A DNA stretch of 62,093 bases, filler included, from Rhabdomonas costata (taxonomy: Eukaryota): assembly GCA_019059605.1 (NCBI GenBank). It is 19 parts of 19 records of this genome, joined end to end, with 100 filler letters (N's around TTAATTAATTAA, not from the genome) between each part and the next. Parts side by side here need not be neighbours in the genome. Positions count along the whole stretch, not along the records: positions 39,317 to 42,486 come from JAHMHO010001236.1; positions 42,587 to 45,756 come from JAHMHO010001237.1; positions 45,857 to 49,022 come from JAHMHO010001238.1; positions 49,123 to 52,288 come from JAHMHO010001239.1; positions 52,389 to 55,553 come from JAHMHO010001240.1; 14 more parts are not named here. One strand, given 5' to 3'. Position 1 is the stretch's first letter, and every line of letters starts with the position of its first letter. The notes under the pieces are model-generated. The model did not search any database. It saw only the letters and a list, made by a program, of their open reading frames with translations, and had not been told where the DNA came from. Positions 39,317 to 53,096 of the stretch are shown here, piece by piece. Both the position numbers and the translations under genes were made by a program.

Positions 39317-40943
39317 TTGTGTTGGTGACCTTGGCGTAGTTGTCGATCGCGCGGACCCACATGCACAGCGACATGCACGCCGTGCTGGTCTTGCGGATGA
39401 TTTCGGGCTGGAACTCCTCATTGGTGATGTACACCTGGAAAACGGCAAGTAAATACAGAAGAATAGAATACGGAAGGGCAACAGCTTCGGGTTAAGGGGT
39501 TTGCCAGGGTGGTACAAGGTGGTGGATCAGATCTCGGGCACTATGTTGCCAGAAGATCTGAAATATCATCAAACAGACATTGAGACTCTGATGGCTGCTT
39601 TCTTGTCGTTTTTCATGACCTCTATCCCTCTCCGTCACTCAACAAGCCATTCGGCCCAACCATATCGTTGTCTGAAGTAATTTACCTCCCTACTCTAACC
39701 ACCAGGCCCATTGCACATCAGGAGGCACACTTGAAAAGTGTGCATGTGTCAACCCAACTCCATGCAAATCCGGTAAAACTGTTTCACAATGTATTGACGG
39801 CGATGATGCTAACAATCCCTCATGGTTTTTGATTCGTTCAGGTTGCCATTTTTGATCTCAACTATTGCGACCTCTGCTCTCAGATGACACGACTTTCAGT
39901 GGTTGAAAGGGGGACAAACCTGGAGCTTCTTCTGCAGGGCCTCGGGGATGTTATCCTTGTTAAAGGTCTGGAGGCGGGCCAGGAACCCGGTATCGGACAT
40001 CACCTTCTTCGCGGTATCCCACCCGGGCTTCTCCTTCAGCACCAGCAGCACGGCGTCCATCACCAGCTTGACCTTGTCTGGGGGTGTCGCGAAGGACTTC
40101 ACCTCGTCGATGTCCTTCTTGTTCAGGCTCTCCAGGGCCTTCAGCGCGGCGTAAAACGCGGGCATGGCCTTGTCCAGGTCGGCCTGGCAGTCGTTACGGA
40201 TCGCCGAGGCCTCGTCCATGATAACCTGCACAAAAAGATTGGCAATTGGCGAACGAGAAGGTTCCGGCAGCCATGGAAACTAAATGAGAATAAGTTTTCC
40301 ACAATAACAAGATTGCAATACAAGACACTTCCTTCCGACACATCAGAGCAGCGCTAATCGTTCGGGATAAGAGGAGATTTGCGCAGACAGGGAGCAGGTG
40401 CGACCGGTGCTACACACAAAGGACAAGGAATAAAATCTACTCAGAAACATTTCATGAAAGAAGCCATCAGCCGCTAACAGTGGTTCCCAGCGGTTGGGCA
40501 TGCCTCATGTGAGCAGAGCCGGAGGAGCCAGTGCACAGCACCTCTCGACGTTGACACTCGCGCGCATCACACACACCCATAGCAGAATTCTCCAAGTAAC
40601 GCCGTAGCACAGTTGCGTTTCGGACAGCAGCAGCATACGAAAACACAAGAAAAAGAAAAAGACAAGATACACGACGATCTCCTATCTGCAGCATGAGCGA
40701 CGCGAGAGAAGCGAGGACGAGAGAACGGGAGGGAGAGGAGGGAGGGGGGCAGACCTGGCAGTCTTTCTCGTCCTTCACGCATATTGCCCTGGCCTCCGCC
40801 GCGACCTTCTGGTCGGCCTCTAGCTGCACCATCAGTGCATCGGTCTCCTTCGCAGCCTGCTCCAGCACGGGCTGCATGTTGGCCAGCTCAGCCTTCATTT
40901 CCGCCACCATGTTTCCGGTCTGTACCAGCTTGTCCAGACCACC
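39317..40943 (-). CDS. Axonemal dynein heavy chain, stalk/microtubule-binding region (exons 40755-40943, 39920-40225, <39317-39434)
   Basis: GGLDKL, CQADLDKAMP, ALESLNKKDIDEVKSFATPP, FLARLQTFNKDNIP, SLCMWVRAIDNY; phase-0 GT-AG introns. Confidence 0.95.
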
Positions 40944-41213
40944 CTGAATAGCACCCCACCCAGCTGAACCCATGCAACTGAGCTGTGGGGTGGTGCACTT
41001 GGAGTGACTTCTTTGCCATCCCTTGCAGAGACATCACACGTGACTCCGCATGGGACGGAGAGGACGACCTGCGCGGTGAGCCCAGGATCTGAGCGAGGCC
41101 AGGGTCAGGGGGGATGCAGCATCACAAAAGGGAGCACGCAGAAACTAAATAGCATACAGGTCGAATTCACAGCAAGAAGCACCAGACCACAACCATTGGT
41201 GAGGGAGGGGGTC

Positions 41214-42425
41214 TTAGCTGGGTGCGGTGGTGATCGTTCGTACCGCGGCCCCCACCTCGCAGGCGTTGACCTGAGGAACCGCGAGAAGCGGAGCGACATG
41301 CAACTGCAGCGAGTACGTGCTGCGCGAACACAGAAACTCAAACGCCTTTGTTTAAGGGGTGAGAAGGACACTGCTCAAAGGTCAGATTGGAAGAGAAGCG
41401 TACAGCTCGAGTTCAAATGGGGTTCGGTACTTTTGAAAACCTGGATCAGCCATGAATATGGGCATCTGCAACCTTAATGTAGAGTTAGAGAGCGTTTTGT
41501 CATTTTTCAAGTGTGAGCTTTCCAGAGACGGGAGTAAAAGTTTCCCTCTTCTTCAATGATGTGAGTTTCCAGTGGGCCGAAAACTCCCGAGGGTACCCGG
41601 GTTGCTTTCATTACTGAAGATCCAACTAAGAACGGCAATAGCTGGCAATTCGCTCGTTGTTGAAGCAGTTACTTAAAATATTCGTTGCTGGAATATCCGG
41701 TAAGACTAATTATGCGCATCAGCGGCTTAGACCTTGCAGTGCCGCTGGTAACTGGTGCCGCTGGTAGACATTAGCAATATAAGAATATGAGATATAAGAA
41801 CTCGTCAGGAGCTGAGCGGTTTCTGGTGTGAGAAGAACGCCACTGAGGGACCTTGCTTGCAAAGCGCAGGGCACCGATAGACTCGTTGAAGTGGGACTGC
41901 AGAGGTGAGAGGTTGACGAACATCACCACCTTCGAGCCCTTGCCTGCACAGCGCAGTACGTCGGGCATGCGTAGGAACACATACAAACCGACGGCGCGCC
42001 TTCCAAACCACGAGGGAACAGTCGATGCAGCGAACCACTTGAAAAATGTTACTATCGCAACCACCACCACCACAGGTACCCCTGGCCACAAGTGAACGTT
42101 GCCATGGTTAATGGTGACGACCCCCCCCCCCTCCACACACAAACCATATTTAGTCGTTCAAAGATTTCGGAAACTGAAAAACAACACCGGGAAAATAGGC
42201 ACTGAGAGTCTGTGCAGCACGGCCAGCGTGGGTATGTTTGTGCAAGCATGCGCCAGCGTATGTGTGTGTGTGTGTGTGTGCGTGAGTCTGGGCTGCACCC
42301 AGGCTGTGCTGGAGGAGGTAGGTCAGCTTGGAGTTGCGGTACGGGATGTGCACGGGGGCCTTTTGTGCCAGAGCGCAGATGACGTCGCCAAGGCATGCCA
42401 GGGAGCGGTTGATACTCTGTGTCTC
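41214..42425 (-). CDS. Kinesin-14 (C-terminal motor), 3' end (exons 42299-42425, 41852-41943, 41214-41270)
   Basis: [65 protein letters not shown]; the motor domain ends at the C-terminus. Confidence 0.93.
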
Positions 42426-45400
42426 CTGGTGCCAGGAAAAAACAAGCGCCAGGATTTGTCGACCGAGAAATCGGGGGGGGGGGGGGNNNNNNNNNNNNNN
42501 NNNNNNNNNNNNNNNNNNNNNNNNNNNNNNTTAATTAATTAANNNNNNNNNNNNNNNNNNNNNNNNNNNNNNNNNNNNNNNNNNNNGTTGGTGTGTCCTG
42601 ACGAAGTTTGACCTTTTTGTCCTTGATTATCCGTGGTCTTTCCCCCCCCCCCAGAAAAGTACCAGAATGTGTGTGTATGTGTGCATGTGTGTGTTGTCGA
42701 CTTCGCCAATTGAAGATGCCTGACCCTGTGTTGCGGTAACAGCGCAACAAGAGCAGCCGAAGTGGTGAGAACAGAACCTTAAGAAGGGTCCTTACCACCA
42801 CAGCACACCAGAATTCGTTTACCCCTACAGGGCCAAACAGGGATCATCGCCGAGATTTCACAAAATCACCCCAAGTAGAGAAAAGTGCAGAGAGTTGCGC
42901 ACACCGCGAGCGGCCTGCAGAGCCCTTGTCCCGGTCCCTCTCGCGGCTGGCCTGGGAGAAGGAGGGGGGCTTGCCCATGGGCAGCAACCGCGGCGAGGGG
43001 CTGGTGCCCCGCACCGCGGCCGCACCCACCGCCGTGGTAGTCATGGCGTGGGGCACCGCCGTGGGGGAGCCGGCCTTTCCCCTGAACAAAAAACCCGGGG
43101 CTTCTGGAATGAATGGCGGAAACTCGAGTTGCAGAAAAGATAGCAAAACTCTTCCCTGGAGGACTCTGAGGCTTTCCCCAACATTGGAGATTTCCTTTCA
43201 TGTGATGACGCATCTTCGTTTCTCTCTCTCTCACTTATTTTTGTCGCAATTGTGCTGTTGTGCTTTGCTCACAATGATTGCTCGCAATCTCCGAGCTCCT
43301 CCACAGCCATTGATCCATTGAGTTACCTGCAGATTCTGTCTCGGTCTCCTTCTGATCCTTTGAACCCAGGCATCTGAGTTGGCACCTTGGCCCCCCCCCT
43401 CCTGTTGATTCTCACTGCAAACAAACCTCTGTTTGCTCGCGTCGGTTTTTTTCTTTTCATTGTTCATGGTGGTTCGCCAAGCCCCAATTGACGATAGGGT
43501 GGGGGGGGCGGCAGGTGCCAGTGGTCAATATCCAATGCCTTGCAGGTGTGCAGGGACCGATGCCCACCACCCCACCTCCAATAGTAAATCCTCACGGCCA
43601 CGGCGGATTCTTATACGAACAGGACCCAAAAAGTCGAAAACGAAGGAAAGCGCGCGAAAGGGGCATACGGAGAGCTCTCGTGAGGGTTCGGCTGCTGCGA
43701 GGGGTTTGCCCCACGGGTGGAGCAGGTTCCCTTCGACCTCCTAAAGGGACAATGATTTTCCACACGGTAGTGGGTGCTAAAAATTGAAACTGAATATCAT
43801 ATGGTGCGCTTCATTTGCCATTTGCTTTTTGGAGCTTGTGTTTGAGGGGATAGAGTCATGTGCTATCTCCCAAGCAACCAATGTGGCCTTGTGAAGGTCA
43901 CTAGAGAAGGGAGCATCGCACTGTCTCCCACTGTTGCATACGGGTCATCCCTGAAATCAGACCTTCGGCCTCTGGCGAAACGGCAGACATGGAGACAAAG
44001 ACAGCGTGCAGGAGCAATACACGATATGATGTGATGCACAAAAAATGAAAAAAAAATGAGTCCAGAACGTGTCCTTACAAAACCACAACCCAATCCTTTG
44101 TCGTAAGCCCGATCCCAATCACGTCGGGTTTATTGTATATAACCCTCACTGGCAAGCATTGTCACCATAGCTTCGACTGGCGTGCTGCGCTCCTCCTGCT
44201 CTGCGCTTTTGACATTCCGTCTTCGATTTGGTTTTATGCCCCGCCCCTCAATCCGCTGGAACCCGCACATGCATGTCCAACAAATGAAAGCACCTAGGAT
44301 CTTGGGCCGCGGAGCGGAGGGGGAGGGGGGCTTTAATGCACTTGTACCTCCCTCCCTCTCGCACAGGCAACCCTTTCCCTCGCATCTAGCCTTTTCTTTT
44401 TTTGCGAAGTAACCGCACGGCAAGTGATTGCAGAGCGAGCGGCCAATGCATACAGGATTTTGGTGCTGCTGGCCTGCCTGGGCTTCTCCGGGGTATTCTG
44501 AAGCAGGCAGGGGTCCGTCGCGGTGCACCGCGGGTCAAGCATCACACTGGGGCGCCGGCGCTTGCCCTGCGTTTTGCAGATGTAAGAATGGAGGGCGTGT
44601 GTACATGTGCACAGCTCTTGGCCGCAAAAAGTTATCAGGCAAGTTGGCGTAGGGGTGTTTTTGACTGAAATCATCGTTCCCGTGTTTCCATTTTGATGGT
44701 GGCGGGGTTATGCATTTCAGCACGATGCGAACATGTCACTCACCTCTTTCCCTAATGCGCTGTTTTGCTGCTTGTCCTCAGGTATTCTCCACAATACTCT
44801 CCTCTCCCATACCCACTTCCCACTTGATTTTTTCCTCACCTCACTTCCCCCACCACCGTGATTCACACTTCTAACTCAATGTCCGTTTTTCTGCTTCCTC
44901 CACTTGCCTCCTCCACTTCTTCCTAGTTCCCTAAATTGCGATTCCCTCCCCACACGACCTGCTTCACGTAACTATTTTTCCATCGTTCTGTACTTCCTCA
45001 ACCGTGAATTGCATTCTATGCCTCCACTACGCTTCCGCAACGCTGAACCGGTCATCTGAGAAATAAACTATCACCCAAAAGGATTCATGAAGTGCACAAA
45101 CGTGCATAAAACAAAAGGCTCGGCATTCCACTGAGAACGCGTTAAAACCGTGCAAACAAGACGGGAGACGGGTGGGGAGGGGAAGGGCGTCACCTTTTGG
45201 CTGAAATTGGTTGGTGCCGTGCCGGACTTGCGGTGAAGAAGGCGCACGCTGGACCCGCACGGAGTCCGTCGGCGCAGTCTTCGCGTCCTGAGAGCAAATG
45301 AAGGCCGCCGTGGGCGGGGCGGGACCAGCTGTTTGACGCAAAACAATTGGGCGGCGAACGGAAACCCATGTTTGGGGCGACAGACAAAGCCCAACAGGCC

Positions 45401-48400
45401 AGTACGGCGCGGTTGGAAGGGGCGTCTGAGGTAGGAACGTGACCTGTGGGGCCTTTAACGAGTATTCGGAGCAGTGGGGTGGGTGGGTGTGTCCCATCCC
45501 TAGTGTGTGTGTGTCCCGTCCCCAGTGACTTGCCTTGGGTTAGAAGTCGAAGGTGCAGGGAATCGGGGATTGCCCTGCTTTGACGTTTGTGAAGAATGAA
45601 TCTGTGCTGCATCTGTCCTTTCTTGCTGTTCTCACGCGTACCCTTGCGTTTTTAGATTAAGCGTGCTGAAAAACAATCAGTATACGAACACGCGAGCCAC
45701 AAAAGTTGTGGAGCAGGCGCATTCTTGACCAACAAGTTCTGCTTACCACCACAACCNNNNNNNNNNNNNNNNNNNNNNNNNNNNNNNNNNNNNNNNNNNN
45801 TTAATTAATTAANNNNNNNNNNNNNNNNNNNNNNNNNNNNNNNNNNNNNNNNNNNNTTGTGGGTGTGTGAGGTGTTGGGGTGTGCGGGAGCGTGCCCTCA
45901 TACCTTCGAAGGAGTACGGCGAGTGGACAAATCGGACTGGCATTCTTTGGTGAGAATGTGGTGGAGAAAGGGTCGGGTGACGTTAAAGCAGGGGCCTGAA
46001 GAAACGAGAGGCAGGTGGAGTTGAATTGGGAGGGGAGCAGAGGAGAGGGGAGGGGGTAATCGCCCGACACCGTAACATACAAAGGTGCCCTAACCTTCCC
46101 AGTACTGGTAGAGGCAGCTGAACGGTGACCGACCCACGACATTATGGCTCAGCCGTCCCCTCCCAAGCGCAGCGCCTCAGATCGGCGTTCATAGTGCGTG
46201 TGTGCATGGCCTCCCAATATATCGCATCTGTCCTTAAAATGTAGAGGGAAGCCGAGGGAACTTCAGGGCTCCTTAGGCGACAAATCACTGAAGAGCCAAC
46301 CCATTCAGAATTTTCAAAACAAACAGCTTTTAAGGTTAAGAATTGGTGACCCTTAAATTAAACACGACAAGAAAGCAAATCGAACCGCGCTTCGTAAAGT
46401 TCAAACACCATTCTGATGAGCAAACTTACACATGCTGCCCATGGAAGCAAGCAAATTGTCGGACCCCCGCGTGAAGCACAAAGTTCAGCTCCAATCCAAA
46501 CAACACAACAGCAACGTGACCACCAAAAAACTACACAACAATCAAATCAGCAGCCTCGCAAGGTATTCTTTGGCAGCGTGTGAGTGCGCTGGCCCCAAAC
46601 AAAACGTGATACCCACAGCTAGGTGAAGCCAATTGCCCGCAGGTGCAAAGAGGCAAGGGCAGAGGTGCGCAAAGGCGGACATCGACCGAAAAACTCCAAG
46701 CGCTGTTGGAGGGGAACAAAAATCACATCACACCCGACACTGTACGAGTGTCTCACGAATATGACTCAGACGGGCGACACTTAAGTGTTCACACATGTGG
46801 GAAACAAGGGCAGCGTAAATGAACGAGTCCTCTTCCTACCTCTCTTTTCACTCAGGCAGTCAATCTCTACACCTCACCCCACCCCACCATCTCGCGACAG
46901 CTAAAAAGATAAAAGCTCACCCCAAGAATGCACGTGTATGAATGGTGAAGGAAGATGCTGGTGGGACCTGGCACCATCGGCCTCAAAGCCGAACTATTAC
47001 CCAGGTATGAATATTTGAAGTGGACATGGGCCCTTCTCTGACTCTCCAGGGGCACTTGGAGAGCAAAAAGGGACAAAAAAATCACAGTTGGAAAAATGTT
47101 GCGCAGGAAACTCCTACCGTGCGTCGACCACAAGACCCGAAAACTATCCCTAGGCCACCATCCCAGCAATCATGACCAGCCCTCTCAGCCCTCTACCACC
47201 CCTCCCCTTCCCAAACATCAAACCTTCCTACCAAACCCCCAAAAGAACCTTCTCAACCTGAGCGCACACACGTCAATCAAACACCTGCAGATGAACTCTT
47301 CTAAGGAGAACGATGATCAAAACTCCTGCCGGGGCCGTTTGAATATGAAGGGATAGAACAGCAAAAAGCAAAGCAGTGGTACAGACCTTCACTTCCTACC
47401 CCAGGCGTAAGATCAAGCGTCACGAAAAAAAAAATCTCCACACACACTCTCCAGGATCAGCCGCTTCTGTCAAATGCAGCGAGTCAAGAGGAGTGAAGAG
47501 CACACATGCCTTTGAGTGAGTTTTGGCCACAAGCCGAAAAAAGAAAATCCACATGAAGGGGGAGAGGCTCGTCTCGGGAAAAAAAACGGGAGGCTGCTCT
47601 CAGTCGGTTCTGTCCTCCAATCACACGCATCGCAAGGAACGGCACTCGTCTTGTCAAGTCGCATATGAGACTTCCAGGGAAGAAAATCAGACAGAGAGTA
47701 AAGTAGCGATTTCCCCAGCTACCACGCAAAATGCAATTCTCCTGGAAACATACATACAATTTGAGCAAAAAAGTCTGAAAAAGACAGATGGAAAAAAGAA
47801 TGAAAAGAATGAAAAGAATGAAAAGTCAACAAAAACCAACCCAAACACTAATGATAAGCAAAGCAGGTGCGCCAGCTAACCCTTCAGATTTCGGAAACTG
47901 TTACCGGAAGAGACCCATCCACACACAACGGGCCTCTCCAGCAAAGGATGACAAAAAGATGAAAAGCAACAAAACTAACTACAAAAAGATAGCGAAAAAA
48001 TCATGAAAATAGCTGACGCTGATGGAAGCGAACAAATAGAAAAAAGGATCTGTATTTACTCCGCCATTCCGCACGGAACGGCGAGCTCGCCCTCGTGCAA
48101 TTCAGCTTCAGCGCCGCTTGCGATTCGTGATCTTCCACCGGGCGCCACATTCACGGCAGCAGAAATACTCGAAGCCCTGGGAGGCCCCGAAAAAAGTGAA
48201 CGGAGAGCCTTCAAATGGCATGGCTGCGGAGAGATTCGCCGCAAGTATCCCTTGTGGTGGTGGGTGAATGGAAAGCCCAACTTGGCGCCAATGGTTGCCC
48301 CCGCTAAGGCGCAGTCGGGAGATGCTTTATATTCATTCTGTTTAAAGCCGGTGTAAAGGGAGGCCCTATGTTGACGCTCGACACAGCGATACCATGACAT

Positions 48401-49852
48401 GGAGAGATGGGACCTAAAATTCACATTCCTACACGCTGAACCCAAGAAATCTGAAAGCCCGTGATAACAGCGCCCTTGGCTCCGACCAGAACTCAACTGG
48501 CATAGAGCCACCCACACGGCCCAAATGAGCCAACGACACACTCGGGGGGCTGCAAGCGTGCCAGCAACATGAACTACTTCTTTTGCTGCGACAGACAAAC
48601 TCAAAAGATCTTCGAGAGGCACAAAAATGACTCGAACAAGGTAATTGGTGACAAAGAAATAAAAAAAATGATGTAGAGGGCAGCCGAAGGGGGTTCACCT
48701 TGACCCCACTGGTCTTCCACTGGAGACAAATACAATAAATACAATACATTCAGCTTTTATACCATGTCATGTCTGTATAAAAAAACATATCTGTATCTGT
48801 ATAAAAAAACATAGGACAAAAATCAAAACAAGAAAGATCAAGAGAAGGCAGCTAACTCGGCATGTTTGTCCCCTCTTCTCCTAGTGGGTCAATGTTGGGA
48901 AATCTCCTCACATCTCCTCACATTACGTAGACCTATCGCGGTGAACCCTTTTATTCGGCAAACGCAAAGTCAGGGCCTGAGAGCCCAGCAATGGCGAATG
49001 TCAATGTGGAAAAACCACAACANNNNNNNNNNNNNNNNNNNNNNNNNNNNNNNNNNNNNNNNNNNNTTAATTAATTAANNNNNNNNNNNNNNNNNNNNNN
49101 NNNNNNNNNNNNNNNNNNNNNNGTTGGTGTCGATCCTTGTGGTCACTGTGTACACCCGTGCCCTGTCTGTACATAACGTCTCCCCACCCGTCCACCGTCG
49201 AAACGGATTTACGCCCTTCCTGAGGTTTCGTCTCTGCATGATTTGGCCTATTCCCGTTATTTTTTCCCAAGTGGAGGGCGGAGCAGTCCGTGGCGATGCA
49301 GTCTTCTGCGCGACCTGTGTGCGTAGACCGGAGTCCTGGAATAGTAGTTGACTACGTACGAATGGTATTGGAAAGGCCGTGTTTCATTTGAATCAGTTTG
49401 AAGTTTGAGTCTCGTCTCCATTATTAGAGGCTAATAAGCCGCGTTTGTTGGTATGGTGCGAATGAAATCGGATTGCTTTGCGTGCGCCCCGCAGGTCGGT
49501 CTTGTCAGACAGTTTGTGGGCTGCGTTTGAGGAAACACTTCCCATGCTTTCAGCCAGTGTGTTCGCACATCCCTGGGCTATGTTTGTCTTACTGTTGTCA
49601 GTAGTTCAGGGTATACAATGTTTTGGGTTGTACCCGTTCCTGGTTGTGTGCTGGTCGATTTTTGAAGACCTGAGCTTTGTGTGTCGATGCCCTGCTTCCC
49701 TTCAGTGCTTCCTTTTTCTTCTTTTCTCCACCCTTTCCACCTTCTCTTTTCATTTTTACCGCACCCACTCCTTTATCCTCTGAGTTCTTCAATCGGTGCT
49801 TTCTTCCTCGAGAAAGGACCTTCATGGCTTTACCTATGCCATCCTGTCGTAG

Positions 49853-51823
49853 CTTTGGCGTCCACCTGCTCTCCCTGAAAGTCCTCCTGACGGTCTCCTT
49901 CATCACTTTGATGGTTATCGCGGGGTTCCTTGGGTTCTACCTGACCTATGTGCAGAGCCAGCAGAGCCTGCACGACATCGCCGAGGTGGACATGCTGGAG
50001 GCTGCGCAGAGTGTGATGGGCCTGATCGTGTCGAAGGTAGAGGTGGGGCACCTCCTGAACTACGGGGAGTCCATGTACTTCCTGCGCGCGGGGCTGCGGA
50101 TGGACGACTTTGTGAATGCGTGGAATGTGTGGAGGCCTCTGACCCTTCCTTTGATTCTGGGTGTGCAAGAGACCTTCATCGGGACCACGCTGTTCTGGCA
50201 GGGTCCCCCGAGGCAGGGCAGGGCCATGGCTTTCAGCCCGTGGGGCGGGTTCGCGATTTTCTGCTGGTTCAACGCTTCTGTGTGCAACGACACGGTGAAC
50301 TTTCCGGGCAGCGACTGCAAGTAAACCTCTGTTCTTGCTGTCTGCCGTTTGTGCCTGGTTTTGTTCCCAGCCTTTTGTGGTGGCATGTGGTGTCGACCCG
50401 GGGACTTGAACGAGCGGGGTGCCCGTTTGTGTAGGCGCTCCCTAATTGGGGTGAGAAACGTGTTTTCGGCAGGATGCGTTCTCGCAGTTCACGGAAAAGG
50501 CCCCGGCGTTGGCACAGCGGGTTGGCACTCTTTGCTCGGAATGATGCCTTGCTACGTGGGGGCTGCTTCACGTTTTGGAACTTCCCCGATCAAGTCCTGC
50601 CCTCTAGGGCGTGAGGGGTTCTGGAGCATTCTCGTGAAGGAGCACTTTCTCAGCGTCTAGACTTGGACGAAATTGTCTGGTCACCTGAGATAAGGGAAAC
50701 AAAAATGGACTCTGCGGCGTATCAACCGCCCGAGTCCCGTCTTAGCCCCGTCCAGCGAAGCACAAGTTTATTTGTTTGGGCTAGATTGCATCTCGCACCA
50801 TAAGATCTTTCTCTCCGAGACACAAACTCTCGTGGTTCCGCTGGAAAACCTGTCGACCCTGGTTGAGTGCTCTGCGGAATTGATGGCACCGTGACTACTA
50901 CGAGCTTCTACAGCCAAAGTCATGAATGGGGTCCTCCATCCGGCAAGGAGACTGCTGCACGGCACTAGGTTGCTGCAGGAGTGCCATATAACGAAAGTCA
51001 CAGCACTGCGGCACATCATTTCGGGTTGCACAGACACAAAGGTCACAAACGAACGGAACCGCGCCACGGAACCGGGCAACGGCAGTGACCTCAGGCAGCA
51101 CGCACAAGGTACCCAGGTACCGAGACAGCCACATAAAGAAAGAATTTACAAAGGACAAGGCGGAGAGAAAGACAGGAAGCGGCAAGTAGCGACACCCATG
51201 GAGGGAGGGGTCATAATCGGCCATAGAACCCGACCTTATTATTGCTGTATGTCACCTGACCCTATTGCATGGATTTCCCCGTGTGCCCTGCAGTATTATC
51301 GGGCAAGAGACCTACGCGCTGGACCCCTCCACTCTGCTACCCGTGTGGAGCGAGATGATTTACTACGACCCCAGGGCGGACTCCCTGGAAAACCCTACCA
51401 TGATGAACGGCATCTACTCTCGCAGCGCGGGATGGCGGTCCAGCCCTGACAACCTGTTCAACCCAGGCTACTCCGACATCTACTTCACCCCGACCTTCCC
51501 CCCGCTGCTGGTCCTGGAGTGCAATGTGTGCGTGCTTGGGGAAAACGGCACCTGCGTGGGGCAGTTGGGGAAGGACCTTCTGCTGAAGTTCCTGGGGGAC
51601 TTCCTGCTCGACGTCGTGTCTCGTAGCAGTGTGCTGGCCAAAGGGGGCCGGGCTTTCAGCTACGAGCTGAACGGCAACCTCACGGGGGCCAGCCATGGCC
51701 CGATACACGCCACGGCTGCCAATGGAAACCTCACTCGGCTCCTTGTCTGGAACAGCAATGACGGCACCATCGCCGCTGTGGGGAGACAGATGCGGCCCAG
51801 CTTGGAGCTCTGCTCGGGCAGCG
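49853..51823 (+). CDS. Membrane receptor with extracellular dCache-like domain (exons 49853-50320, 51294-51823), partial
   Basis: N-terminal TM (LSLKVLLTVSFITLMVIAGFLGFYLTY), YDPR, YSDIYF, VGQLGKDLLLKFLGDFL, AFSYELNGNLTGAS; several NxT/S sequons. Confidence 0.75.
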
Positions 51824-53096
51824 GTGTGCTGTTTATTTTTAGCCCCCGGCGGGAAGCTCTTTTCCATCCTCAACCTGGCGAGTGAATAGGAATGAATGCT
51901 GGGTGAATCGGGCAGCGAGGACAATTGCATTGGTTGGTATGCTCACTAGCGGTCGCTCATCTCAGTTGACGAACCACTGGACGCAAATTGAGGGAACTCT
52001 TTGTGAATCCACACCTTTTCATAGACAGATTTCCTTTTTCAAAAAAAACACCAACAGCAAAGCTTCGTCAGGGTACTATACCGCAAAATTGAATGGACTC
52101 AAACTGCCTGACTGACATGATTCATAATAATCACAAGCGTCCAGTTTCCGGCACAAGACACAACCGCATGAGGGCAAGGGGATCAGTGGCGAAAAATACA
52201 GAAACAAAAAATGAGCATGAACTCTAAGTAATGCGCCTTTGACGAATGTACCCGAGACCTCTTTTGAACACTCCGCCCCACCCCACACNNNNNNNNNNNN
52301 NNNNNNNNNNNNNNNNNNNNNNNNNNNNNNNNTTAATTAATTAANNNNNNNNNNNNNNNNNNNNNNNNNNNNNNNNNNNNNNNNNNNNTGTGGGTGGGGG
52401 AAAATGACGGCAAACTGAGCGTATCATCGCTTCGAAATTGGTGGCCGGAATCTTGAACGCTCCAGCTTTACTCGCGCTGAATGGGCTTTCAGACTGGTTT
52501 CCTCAGTAAAAAGACACACAGTGGCAGCAGGGATGATGTGATCACGACTGGGACCAAGGCTCCTGCACAGCAAAAACGTGGATTGCACCCAGAAATCGAC
52601 AATTTTGTCCGTAAGGTTTCAAACTGACTTTTTGGCCACTAGGCTTTCTCAGCATACTGTCTCTTCATGAATGCGCACGATTGCAAATTTTTCGTTTAAG
52701 GTGTAACCTGTTATTGTAGGGCTTGTGAACAAATATGATGCTATGGAAGGGGCAGTAATGTAACAATACAGAGATCGTTCATCGGAGAAACACATTTTTC
52801 TGTTCTTCGGTGAACTTCAAGTCGATGCGTAATTCAAATGGTGGGCATGGGTAGACTTTCAGAAGATTACTCCACTTTCCCTCCCTCCCAGTAACGTCAA
52901 AGGCGTACGCAGGCGGGCTCTCCCACGTGCCTGGAACGGCACCACAAAGAGGGTACCACAGCCTTTCTTTCCAGCCAAATAATCCCTCTTGCAGCCAAGC
53001 ATTCCCAAGAAATACAACCCAGAGACCGACAAACTTCGACCTCCATCACCACGCCCTACGTCACCTGGCGTGAATAAATGTGAAATTTTCGTTCCC

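Noticed and set aside
40943..41270. Kinesin-dynein fusion protein
   Set aside because: The kinesin has a natural in-frame TAA at 41214-41216; fusion would need an unsupported alternative donor.
42587..49022. Short ORFs in two contigs, e.g. 48056-48330 with ALAGATIGAKLG
   Set aside because: Probably scattered exons, but no family could be supported; the ADP-ribosylglycohydrolase resemblance is too weak.
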